From assembly GCA_003551495.1 (NCBI GenBank), contig PUMT01000231.1, forward strand, positions 26,685-90,684: a DNA stretch of 64,000 bases, given 5' to 3'. The stretch comes from Bacteroidota bacterium (GTDB lineage Bacteria; Bacteroidota; Bacteroidia; Bacteroidales; PUMT01). Numbering within the stretch: the stretch's first letter is position 1; each line of letters opens with the position of its first letter. Shown here in pieces: positions 7,548-16,487 of the stretch. Below the pieces are notes generated by a model. That model was given only the letters and a program-made list of their open reading frames with translations. It had not been told where the DNA came from and did not search any database. A program made the translations under genes and the position numbers.

Positions 7548-9347
7548 ATGGATAGTAGTTTTGAACATCTGAATCCGATTATAAAGGCATTGCCTGCTGC
7601 ACCTGGTGTATATCAGTTTATTAATAATAAAGGGGAGATTATATATGTGGGAAAAGCCAAGAACCTCCGTAGTAGGGTTCGGTCCTATTTCAACAAAAAG
7701 AATTATGAATCTGCCAGGGTTAAAGTTCTTACAAGAAGAGTTTCTGATATAAGCCATATAGTTGTTGAATCGGAGGCAGATGCTTTACTTCTTGAAAATA
7801 ATCTCATAAAAAAAAATAAGCCCAGATACAATGTATTGCTGAAGGATGATAAAACTTTCCCCTATATATGTTTAAGCAACGAACGTTTCCCCAGAGTTTA
7901 TCAAACCAGAAAAAGAAATGAAACGGGCGCGCTGTACTTCGGGCCTTACACCTCGGTTCAAATGGTCAAGACCATTCTGGAACTGATAAAAAGATTGCAT
8001 CCACTCAGAACATGTAATTACAAACTAACAGAAGAAAATATTCGAAAGAAAAAATTCAAGGTATGTCTCGAGTATCATATCGGAAATTGTAAAGGGCCGT
8101 GTGAGGGCAAGCAGACTGAAAAAGAATATAATGAAAATATCAGAAGTATTAAAAATATACTAAACGGGAATATTTATGAGGTAAAAAAGTTTCTGATAGA
8201 ACAGATGCAACAGTATTCGACAGTCCTTAAATTTGAAGAGGCTCAGATAGTCAAGGAAAAACTTGAAATACTTGAAAAATACCGAAGCAAATCTGTTATA
8301 GTAAATCCAGCACTTAAAAATATTGATGTTTTTTCATATATTGAAGATGATAAGTATGCATATGTTAATTATATCAAAGTTTCAAATGGAGCTATAATAC
8401 AGTCAAAAACAAAAGAGATAAGAAAAGTGCTTAATGAACCTGGAAGTGAATTACTGGGACTTGCAATAGTTGATATACTTGCTGATCAGACATTCGAAAA
8501 AGGGGAAATAATTGTGCCGTTTGACCCTAATCCAGATTTGAATAACAAGAAGATAACAATTCCAAAAATTGGCGATAGAAAGAAATTGCTTTTATTGTCG
8601 GAAAGGAATGCAAAACATTTTAAAGTTGAAAAACAGAATCGCCAAAAAATCCGAACCAAAAATAAGAATAATCTATTGGAGATAATGCGTAAAGACCTCA
8701 ATATCAGCGCCAAACCGGTTCATATCGAATGTTTTGATATATCGAATATTTTGGGGAAAAATCAGGTAGCAGCTTGTGTGGTATTCAGGAATGGTGTTCC
8801 AAGCACACGCGACTACAGGCATTTTTTAATAAAAACCGTTTCAGGATCCGATGATTATGCCGCCATGAAGGAGGTTGTAATTCGTCGGTACTCCCGGCTT
8901 CTTGAAGAACAAAAATCATTGCCGCAATTAGTGGTTATTGACGGAGGAAAGGGTCAGTTGAATACTGTTCATAATGCTCTGAAAAAAATGCAACTATCTG
9001 ATAAAATAAATGTTATTGCTATTGCCAAAAAGCTGGAGGAGATATTTTTACCCGGAGATCCATTACCTCTCTATCTGGACAAGAATTCTCCAACTCTAAG
9101 AATCATACAGAATATCAGAAATGAAGCACACCGATTTGGATTGAGATTACACAGAAAAAAGCGCTCAGCAGAACAAACTGAATCGAAATTACTTGAAATT
9201 AATGGCATTGGTGCAACGACCATCCAAAAGCTTTTTATTGATTTCAAATCTTATGAAAATATCAAAAATGCAACCTCTGATGATCTTGCAAAATCAATTG
9301 GAAAGCATAAAGCCAAATTGATATTCAACTATTTTCAAAATGACTAA
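7548..9347 (+). CDS. uvrC: Excinuclease ABC subunit C
   Basis: 599 aa with an N-terminal GIY-YIG domain (GVYQFINNKGEIIYVGKAKNLRSR), a central UvrC endonuclease region and a C-terminal HhH region. Confidence 0.95.
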   Translation: MDSSFEHLNPIIKALPAAPGVYQFINNKGEIIYVGKAKNLRSRVRSYFNKKNYESARVKVLTRRVSDISHIVVESEADALLLENNLIKKNKPRYNVLLKDDKTFPYICLSNERFPRVYQTRKRNETGALYFGPYTSVQMVKTILELIKRLHPLRTCNYKLTEENIRKKKFKVCLEYHIGNCKGPCEGKQTEKEYNENIRSIKNILNGNIYEVKKFLIEQMQQYSTVLKFEEAQIVKEKLEILEKYRSKSVIVNPALKNIDVFSYIEDDKYAYVNYIKVSNGAIIQSKTKEIRKVLNEPGSELLGLAIVDILADQTFEKGEIIVPFDPNPDLNNKKITIPKIGDRKKLLLLSERNAKHFKVEKQNRQKIRTKNKNNLLEIMRKDLNISAKPVHIECFDISNILGKNQVAACVVFRNGVPSTRDYRHFLIKTVSGSDDYAAMKEVVIRRYSRLLEEQKSLPQLVVIDGGKGQLNTVHNALKKMQLSDKINVIAIAKKLEEIFLPGDPLPLYLDKNSPTLRIIQNIRNEAHRFGLRLHRKKRSAEQTESKLLEINGIGATTIQKLFIDFKSYENIKNATSDDLAKSIGKHKAKLIFNYFQND

Positions 9348-9546
9348 ATTACAGGATATTGAAAACTATAATTAAAGTATTGGTTTGGGAGAACCGGGAA
9401 AATTCCTGTAAATACTGAATTATGTCAAATATTTTTTTAAAATGGGAGGAGCCTTCTGACAATCTGTACGTAGAATGCATATAAAAGAGTCTTTTAAGTC
9501 ATAGATAAACAAGCGTAATAAATTGATAATGCTATACAGAAAAAAA

Positions 9547-9574
9547 GAGGCTGTCAAATTTGTACGACAGCCTC
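9547..9574 (-). terminator. Intrinsic terminator between the convergent uvrC and PHP-domain genes
   Basis: The stem is GAGGCTGTC / GACAGCCTC. An A-run on the + strand side gives a U-tract for the - strand transcript. It may also stop uvrC transcription. Confidence 0.7.
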
Positions 9575-9598
9575 AATAATGATTTAAAATGCGATTGG

Positions 9599-10681
9599 CT
9601 ACCTTTTTATCCCAAATGGCTGGGTTCCAGTAATAATTTCACCTGGACCGTGAATTTCAGCTCTCACGTAGTTTACATCTTCGTTAATGTTCCGAAGATT
9701 TATTATGTTCCCATTTTTTAAAATTTCACCTTTAGATATCCATATTATTGAATCATAATCTGATGCAGAAATTTTAATTTCACCTCTTCTGGAATTTACT
9801 TTAACTTTTTCTATTACAGGAGCAGCCGGACCATCATGCCCCTGAGGGGCATATATAAAGTAACTTAGACCGTTCTCCATGCCATGCCTGACCATATCAT
9901 GATTTAGTTCTGGAAGTATCAGAATATTCCAGTTTCTCCCGATTTGCTGAGAAGTGTGCATGTCGTCATTAGAGTATCCCCATACAGGTCTTTCAGGCAT
10001 TGTTACAGAAAGAATGGAATCCCATATTTTCCGGTCTTCAGGATAACGGTCACCCTGATTGTAAACCTCAAGCCCGAATAAGTGGTCATATTTGCTGTAA
10101 AGTTCAACATACCAGTCATATGTAAAATCATACCGGCCCGGATGGTACAACATGACTATTCCATCTTTTGCACCAACAGCTTCGACAGACTCCTCTTCAG
10201 TAGTTGTATTATTGTGATCGTTGAAAAAACTCCCCATATGATGGTGCCTGGAAAGTTCATTTGCCTGAATGTCTATCATTCCAAGTTCGATTGGATCGCG
10301 GTCTTCAAAGACCAGTTCTGCTGGCATTGTTTCAGGTTCGTTTTCCATTCTTCTTAAAGTAGTGCCGCCGGGTTCCATATTTGAAAATTCCGTCCACGGA
10401 TATGAAACAGCGTTATGATCGGTTATGGCAAGGATATCATATCCAAGCTGGTAGTATTTATCCACTACAGTATGCGGATTTAGCCTTCCGTCACTTATAG
10501 TTGTATGAGTGTGAAAATTAGCCTTGTATTGATAATGATGTTCCCAGTCTACCATATCATAGGGGTTTTCTATATCAAATCCAGGCCCGCACCCAAAAGC
10601 AATCAATGGGGTAATAATTAGCAAAGCTGCTTTAAGAATAATCGAACTGTAATTCTTTTTATAATCTGTTTTGGTTAACAT
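9599..10681 (-). CDS. PHP-domain metal-dependent phosphoesterase, predicted lipoprotein
   Basis: 360 aa with a signal peptide and lipobox-like AFGC. PHP motifs are present (FHTHTTISDG, ILAITDHN). Confidence 0.6.
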   Translation of the reverse strand: MLTKTDYKKNYSSIILKAALLIITPLIAFGCGPGFDIENPYDMVDWEHHYQYKANFHTHTTISDGRLNPHTVVDKYYQLGYDILAITDHNAVSYPWTEFSNMEPGGTTLRRMENEPETMPAELVFEDRDPIELGMIDIQANELSRHHHMGSFFNDHNNTTTEEESVEAVGAKDGIVMLYHPGRYDFTYDWYVELYSKYDHLFGLEVYNQGDRYPEDRKIWDSILSVTMPERPVWGYSNDDMHTSQQIGRNWNILILPELNHDMVRHGMENGLSYFIYAPQGHDGPAAPVIEKVKVNSRRGEIKISASDYDSIIWISKGEILKNGNIINLRNINEDVNYVRAEIHGPGEIITGTQPFGIKR

Positions 10682-10735
10682 AACAATAAAATTTTGAATT
10701 TATAAAAGTACAACATTTATAGAGAAGGTAAAGTT

Positions 10736-11710
10736 TCATTTTTTTCTTTCTGTTATGTAATTCATTAAAGAAATCATAGGGTCTTTTGCGGCTGAAGCCG
10801 GGAACTGGTTAATTATTTCAATAGCTTTACTTTTATTAAAATTCATCTTTTCAACTGCATAATCTATTCCATTGCTTGATTTGACAAAATCTCCAATTTC
10901 CCGGATATCTCTGTTGCTAATATTTTTTTTCCTCACTGAACGTATAATTCTTTTCCTGTCAGCTATTGAAGCTCTTTCAAGTGCGTGGATAAGAGGAAGT
11001 GTCAGTTTTTTTTCTTTAAGATCATTGCCGAATGGTTTCCCGGATCTTTTTTCTGATTTATAATCGAATATATCATCTTTAATTTGAAATGCAATTCCTG
11101 CATGAAGACCGAACTGCCTGGCAAGATTTAATTGCTCATTGTTTGCATTTACTGATTTTGCCCCGCAGGCAGTACATGCTGATATCAGAGCCGCTGTTTT
11201 CTTTTCAATAATTTTGAAGTATTCTTCTTCACTGATATCCAGACTTCTTGATTTTTGGATTTGGAAAAGCTCACCTTCACTCATTTCCTTTACTGCGGCA
11301 GAAACTATTTCCAGAAGTTCGTATTCACGGTTCTTTAAAGAAATCAACAATCCTTTAGATAAAAGATAGTCGCCTGCCAAAACAGATATTTTGGCTTTCC
11401 AGATAGCGTAAACTGAAAATAAACCACGCCGCTGATACGCATCATCCACAACATCATCGTGTATAAGCGTAGCAGTGTGCAGAAGCTCAACAAGAACTGC
11501 AGCCGTATAAGTTGAATTATTAGGTTTTCCGAGAAGTTTGGCGGTTAAGAAAACAAGAATAGGCCTGATCTGTTTCCCTTTTCTCCTTAATATATAATTT
11601 GTAATGAAATTTAATACAGGAATTTCAGATTTGACAGCTTTCCTGAAATACGGCTCAAAAAATTTCATTTCTTCTGTAACAGAGAGCCTGATTTCTTTAA
11701 TTCTGCTCAT
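10736..11710 (-). CDS. Polyprenyl diphosphate synthase (IspB/octaprenyl-type)
   Basis: Both Asp-rich motifs are present (LIHDDVVDD and IKDDIFD). The track ORF begins at a TTG (11731). The first ATG (MSRIKEI) at 11710 is the more likely start. Confidence 0.85.
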   Translation of the reverse strand: MSRIKEIRLSVTEEMKFFEPYFRKAVKSEIPVLNFITNYILRRKGKQIRPILVFLTAKLLGKPNNSTYTAAVLVELLHTATLIHDDVVDDAYQRRGLFSVYAIWKAKISVLAGDYLLSKGLLISLKNREYELLEIVSAAVKEMSEGELFQIQKSRSLDISEEEYFKIIEKKTAALISACTACGAKSVNANNEQLNLARQFGLHAGIAFQIKDDIFDYKSEKRSGKPFGNDLKEKKLTLPLIHALERASIADRKRIIRSVRKKNISNRDIREIGDFVKSSNGIDYAVEKMNFNKSKAIEIINQFPASAAKDPMISLMNYITERKK

Positions 11711-11983
11711 TGAACTATTTTGTTTCCTCAAAAATAGTTATTTAATTAGAGAATACTGATTCAGAATATACAATAAATAAAAGTGTCAGTAGATTAAAAG
11801 ATATAAATTCAAAAAATAAAAGACTTTCAAGTCCTTTAAAGACAGGTGAGTATGTGATAATTATCATATTTGGATGTGCTGTATATTTATATATTTGTAT
11901 TAATAAAGAAAAAATTTGTGAACATCCTTATAATACATCTCTATTTATAATATCTTAATTTCTGGAATTTAAATAAACATGCC

Positions 11984-12289
11984 ATGAAAATTGAAGATTT
12001 CACAGTGGAACAATTAGAGCAGGCTGCAAGTATGCTTAAGGCAATTGCCCACCCGGTCAGAATTTCAATTCTCAACTATTTAGACGGAGGCAATAAACTT
12101 ACGGTAACAGAGATCCATCAATTGTTGAACATTGAACAGTCTACCACCTCGCATCATTTGGGGATACTGAAAGACAAAGGGGTGCTTGCATCAAAAAGGG
12201 AAGGGAAAAACACCTATTATTTTCTTAAACATCCTAATTTAAGCAAAATAGTTGAATGCATGACCAATTGTTTCAAGCAGGATAGTTAA
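11984..12289 (+). CDS. ArsR/SmtB family transcriptional regulator
   Basis: 101 aa with a winged HTH (AHPVRISILNYL...TVTEIHQLLNIEQSTTSHHLGILKDKGV). Confidence 0.8.
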   Translation: MKIEDFTVEQLEQAASMLKAIAHPVRISILNYLDGGNKLTVTEIHQLLNIEQSTTSHHLGILKDKGVLASKREGKNTYYFLKHPNLSKIVECMTNCFKQDS

Positions 12290-12312
12290 AATATAAAAGT
12301 ACAGACCATTAA

Positions 12313-13980
12313 TTAAGGTTGCAGCAGTGAATAGTAGTAGCTTTTATTATCCATTATTTCAATAGCATTATTAATGACAGGGTCATTATTCAACGAAGAT
12401 TTTATACGTCCGCTTTTAAAATAGTATCTTCCGGTAATCTCATCCTCGATTAATTCTTTTATCTGACCTTTAAATGTTAATAAATCTCTTTCCAGATTGT
12501 TGACCAATTTTCTCTTCAAAGCACTGAATTCATCCTTTGAAATATTATAATAGTTCTCGTTTTTTGCAGTTTCAATCAACTCATTCAGCTTCTTCTCGCT
12601 TTGACTTTCGTAATCAAATTCAATATTGCCCAGATAATCAATAAAATCATCATATTCCTCATCTGACAGGGAGAATTCTTCAGGAGCAGGAATTGATTTG
12701 TTATTTAGAGTGTAAAGTGTTGCAAAATCAAATATTATATTGCGGGAATAAAGGGTTGCTGCCAAATGGCTTAATTTTTCCGGACTAAGTTCAATATCGG
12801 GGGTAATTCCTCCTCCACCGGTTACTATTCTGCCGTTCATGGTTTTATAATCAGAAACCTCAGTATAGGTGGGGTTATTCGTATCGGGTTTTTCGGAAGA
12901 TCCCGAAAAATCATGCGCCTGAATACTTCTGCCGCTTGGAGTATAATATCTGGCAGTTGTGATTTTTATCTGGGCATTATAGCTAAGAGGCCTGGTAGTC
13001 TGAACAAGGCCCTTCCCAAATGTTCGCTGACCAACTATAACACCTCTGTCAAGATCCTGAATAGCCCCGGCAATAATTTCAGATGCCGAAGCGGAATTGT
13101 TGTTTACAAGTATAATTAAGGGAATATCACTATCCACAGGTTCATTTTCGGCTTTGTAAACATTATTCCATTGCTCAATTTTACCTTTAGTGCTTACTAT
13201 AGTGCTTCCTTTATCTACAAAAAAGTTTGAAATAAGAACTGCCTCTCTCATAAGGCCGCCCGGATTTCCTCTAAGATCCAAAACAAGTGATGAAATCTCA
13301 GTATTTATTTTTAGCTCTTCAAAAGCAGTCTTAACATCTTTATGAGCATCTTCTGTAAATCGGCTCAGTCTTATATATCCGGTATTATCTCCAATAATTC
13401 CGTGATATGTTACACTGTTCAGTCTTATTTCTTCTCTTTTAACACTAATTTTCCTGACTTCATCTTCACCGGGTCGCTTCAGTGAAAGCTCTATTGTGCT
13501 GCCTGGAAGCCCCTTCAATTTTTCGCTGGCTTGTTCCGGCTTCAATCCACTTACAGGCTCACCGTCAATTTCAGTAATAACATCTCCAATCAGTACACCC
13601 GATTTGTGGGCAGGGAAATTTTCATAAATATCTGTAATCAGATAGTATTCATCTTTTTTTTGTATCTGGGCGCCAATCCCACCGTAACGACCTGTAGTCA
13701 TTGTTTCAAAACTTTCCTTTTCAGATTCGGGAATAAAGGTGGTATAAGGATCCAGTGCATTTAAGACCCCTTCGATCCCATGCCTGATAATATCTTCGGG
13801 GTCTTTTTCATCAACATAAAATACATTTATTTCACGTATGAGTGAGAAAAAAATATCCAGGTTTTTGGTAAGCTTAAAATCCCTGTCTGTAAAACTCCAG
13901 AAAGTCAATGATAAAGATATTAGCAGGATTGAAAGCAGTGTTATGGTTCTGTTATTTTTCAAAAACAAAATAAGCTTCAT
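12313..13980 (-). CDS. S41 family C-terminal processing peptidase with PDZ domain
   Basis: It has a PDZ region (GIGAQI...GDVITEIDG), a catalytic region (NNNSASASEI...GQRTFGKG) and an N-terminal membrane anchor. The start is taken at ATG 13980 (MKLILFL). The track ORF extends to a TTG at 14037. Confidence 0.85.
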   Translation of the reverse strand: MKLILFLKNNRTITLLSILLISLSLTFWSFTDRDFKLTKNLDIFFSLIREINVFYVDEKDPEDIIRHGIEGVLNALDPYTTFIPESEKESFETMTTGRYGGIGAQIQKKDEYYLITDIYENFPAHKSGVLIGDVITEIDGEPVSGLKPEQASEKLKGLPGSTIELSLKRPGEDEVRKISVKREEIRLNSVTYHGIIGDNTGYIRLSRFTEDAHKDVKTAFEELKINTEISSLVLDLRGNPGGLMREAVLISNFFVDKGSTIVSTKGKIEQWNNVYKAENEPVDSDIPLIILVNNNSASASEIIAGAIQDLDRGVIVGQRTFGKGLVQTTRPLSYNAQIKITTARYYTPSGRSIQAHDFSGSSEKPDTNNPTYTEVSDYKTMNGRIVTGGGGITPDIELSPEKLSHLAATLYSRNIIFDFATLYTLNNKSIPAPEEFSLSDEEYDDFIDYLGNIEFDYESQSEKKLNELIETAKNENYYNISKDEFSALKRKLVNNLERDLLTFKGQIKELIEDEITGRYYFKSGRIKSSLNNDPVINNAIEIMDNKSYYYSLLQP

Positions 13981-14077
13981 CTTAAGATTTATTATTAGAT
14001 GGTTATAACATATCATAATAAAACGGCAATAATACAATATTGTTTCAGTAATGTGAAAACATATCCCGGATAAAAAT

Positions 14078-14926
14078 TTAACCGGAAAAAAGCAGTGTAA
14101 TATAACTTACAACTGAATCGGACGGAATTATATCACCTGAATTCCCTTTACCAAGTAATTCTACTTCATAACCCCTAAACTTTTGCGAACAATATTCCAT
14201 TAGAGCCATAATCGGTCCGTATCCGCAGACCGAAAACCCTTTACTGGTTACCAGTTCATAAAGTTGTTCTGTATTTTTCCGGTAAATCAGTTCAAGAACA
14301 AGAGAATCTCTCCTTTCCGCTTCCTCCGGGGTTTCAAAATGTGTAAAATCTGAAGATGCTAACACAAGTACATTCCCGTCTGTCTTTTCTGTTGCGGCAA
14401 TAAGCCGTTGTGCAACAGTTTTTGCTGCTTTAACTGACTGATCCAGCATGTTAACAGATACCAGTCTGGTTCTTCCACCCAGATAATAAATTATCAGAGG
14501 GATCATAACTTCAGCAGAGTGTTCATACTTTTGGGCATACTGTGATACGGGGAAGCCCATTTTATTTGAAAGATCTATGTCCACTTCTATTAATCCCAAA
14601 GGAGAGCTCCAGTGGGTATGACCGTCAACTGATATTGCCGGGCCATATCCGCTGTGATTTGGATGCACAACAACAACTGTATCATATTTTTTGCCTGTTT
14701 TTTGTAAAAGACCGAAAAATGATGCAGCATGCATACCGGAAAAAATATATCCGGCATGAGGAACAACCCCTCCATGTATGTTCCTTTTTTCTGCTTTTAT
14801 AATAAATTCCTTCTCAAATTCAATTTTAAAGCTTTCAATCAATTCTATAAGTTCTTCCCTGTTATCAGGGTAAAATGTTCCTGAAACAGAAGGATGCCTT
14901 ATTAATGATTCAGAATTTTTTTTCAT
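14078..14926 (-). CDS. AmmeMemoRadiSam system protein B (MEMO1 family)
   Basis: 282 aa with the Memo hallmarks SGTFYP and GGVVPHAGYIFSG. It lies directly downstream of the matching radical SAM gene. Confidence 0.8.
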   Translation of the reverse strand: MKKNSESLIRHPSVSGTFYPDNREELIELIESFKIEFEKEFIIKAEKRNIHGGVVPHAGYIFSGMHAASFFGLLQKTGKKYDTVVVVHPNHSGYGPAISVDGHTHWSSPLGLIEVDIDLSNKMGFPVSQYAQKYEHSAEVMIPLIIYYLGGRTRLVSVNMLDQSVKAAKTVAQRLIAATEKTDGNVLVLASSDFTHFETPEEAERRDSLVLELIYRKNTEQLYELVTSKGFSVCGYGPIMALMEYCSQKFRGYEVELLGKGNSGDIIPSDSVVSYITLLFSG

Positions 14927-14954
14927 GATTTACCGGTTATCCGGTCTTTTGTGG

Positions 14955-15962
14955 TCAAATAACTACAACCTTGTTTTTGCAGTAAACACAGCAACCATCT
15001 TTATCTATGCCATCTGTTGATACATTATAACCCGTTCTTTCGATTACAAGGTTATTGCATTTTTTACATCGGGTATTGGATGAATCTGAGATCTCTCCGG
15101 TGTTACCTATATAAACGTAATTAAGTTTTGAAACTGCCAGGTTATAAAGCTTTTCCAGTGTTTCAACAGGGGTTGCCGGTATATTCATTCTGAATGCAGG
15201 GAAGTAGCGGTTTATGTGTAAAACAGTATCATTACCGGTTTCAGATACGATCCATCTGATCATTTCTGTGAACTCACCAGTATCATCATTAAGTCCCGGA
15301 ATAACCAGTAAGGTAACTTCCAGGTGCAGTCCCGCTTTTTTAATATCAATAATTCTGCTTTTTACTGGTTCGATATTTCCCGATACAAAATTTTTATAAA
15401 AAGAACTGTTAAATGATTTTAAATCAATATTAAAAGCATCAAATTGCTGAAGTATTAGTTTAAATGGTTCAGCATTAAGAAATCCGTTTGATACCAATAC
15501 ATTTTTCAAACCGTTTTCATGAGAAAGCTTTGCTGTATCCAATATATATTCAATCCAGATCAAAGGCTCATTATAGGTAAATGCTATACCTGTATTATCT
15601 TCTTGTTTTTTTGCATAAGTAACTATTTCTGCGGGAGAAGTAGATACGGCATTCGGGTATACAGACTCTTCGGGATGTGAAATATCACTGTTCTGACAAA
15701 ATCTGCAATTGAAATTGCATCCGAATGTACCTATTGAAAGAATATTTTTCCCGGGATTAAAGTGGTAAAGAGGTTTTTTTTCCAGAGGATCAAAATTGGC
15801 AGACAAAATTTTTCCATAATTTTCAGAGTATAAAATCCCTTTGTTGTTTACCCTGGAAAGGCAAATCCCTCTGGAACCCTCACTAATTTTGCAATTATGA
15901 GGACATAAGCGGCATACAACCCTTTTCTCCTCCTGTTGTTCAAAAAATAGAGCTTTCTTCAT
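14955..15962 (-). CDS. AmmeMemoRadiSam system radical SAM enzyme
   Basis: 335 aa with an N-terminal Cys cluster (CRLCPHNCKISEGSRGIC), the DPLEKKPLYHF motif and the radical SAM motif CNFNCRFCQN. Confidence 0.8.
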   Translation of the reverse strand: MKKALFFEQQEEKRVVCRLCPHNCKISEGSRGICLSRVNNKGILYSENYGKILSANFDPLEKKPLYHFNPGKNILSIGTFGCNFNCRFCQNSDISHPEESVYPNAVSTSPAEIVTYAKKQEDNTGIAFTYNEPLIWIEYILDTAKLSHENGLKNVLVSNGFLNAEPFKLILQQFDAFNIDLKSFNSSFYKNFVSGNIEPVKSRIIDIKKAGLHLEVTLLVIPGLNDDTGEFTEMIRWIVSETGNDTVLHINRYFPAFRMNIPATPVETLEKLYNLAVSKLNYVYIGNTGEISDSSNTRCKKCNNLVIERTGYNVSTDGIDKDGCCVYCKNKVVVI

Positions 15963-16070
15963 TTACTGGTTCCTTGTGAAAGATGATTAAAGGCAATATA
16001 ATGAATATTCCTGCAATTATTAAAACTTAAACAAATGCGCATTATTATTGACTTGCCCGAATAGTTTTAA

Positions 16071-16266
16071 GAAAGCCCCATCAGCCTTCGGCAGACAAAA
16101 GGAGATGAAGAAACATGGGGGTTTGACCTTTGGTCGATTTCAAATGTAAACAAATGCTCTTTGAGTTTCTTAATCAGATTTGAAATTTATACGACACAAA
16201 GAAATGAACTTAATTGACATACTAAAATAACTCTTTGAATATTAGTTTAATTAACTTTGTTTGTAC
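16071..16266 (+). repeat. Intergenic repeat element, copy B (about 196 nt)
   Basis: This is the direct-orientation copy of 3272-3467, with its core at 16111-16186 identical to copy A. It lies in the 525-bp divergent region between the two radical SAM genes. Confidence 0.8.
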
Positions 16267-16487
16267 GAATGAACTAAAGTCCAAATTGGCCGTTTTAGTG
16301 CACAATTTTGACTGACAGGAGGAACCGCTTTGCTTTCCCATTAATTTTTTCATCCGTATGTGGCTGTTTTCGGATAAAAAAAATTCATGTACATTTGTTA
16401 TTTACAAGCATTTTATAGTAGTGAAGTCATAAAATTTTTCAATAAAACAAACCGTTAAAATGTATACACATATCAAAGCATGTAAGT

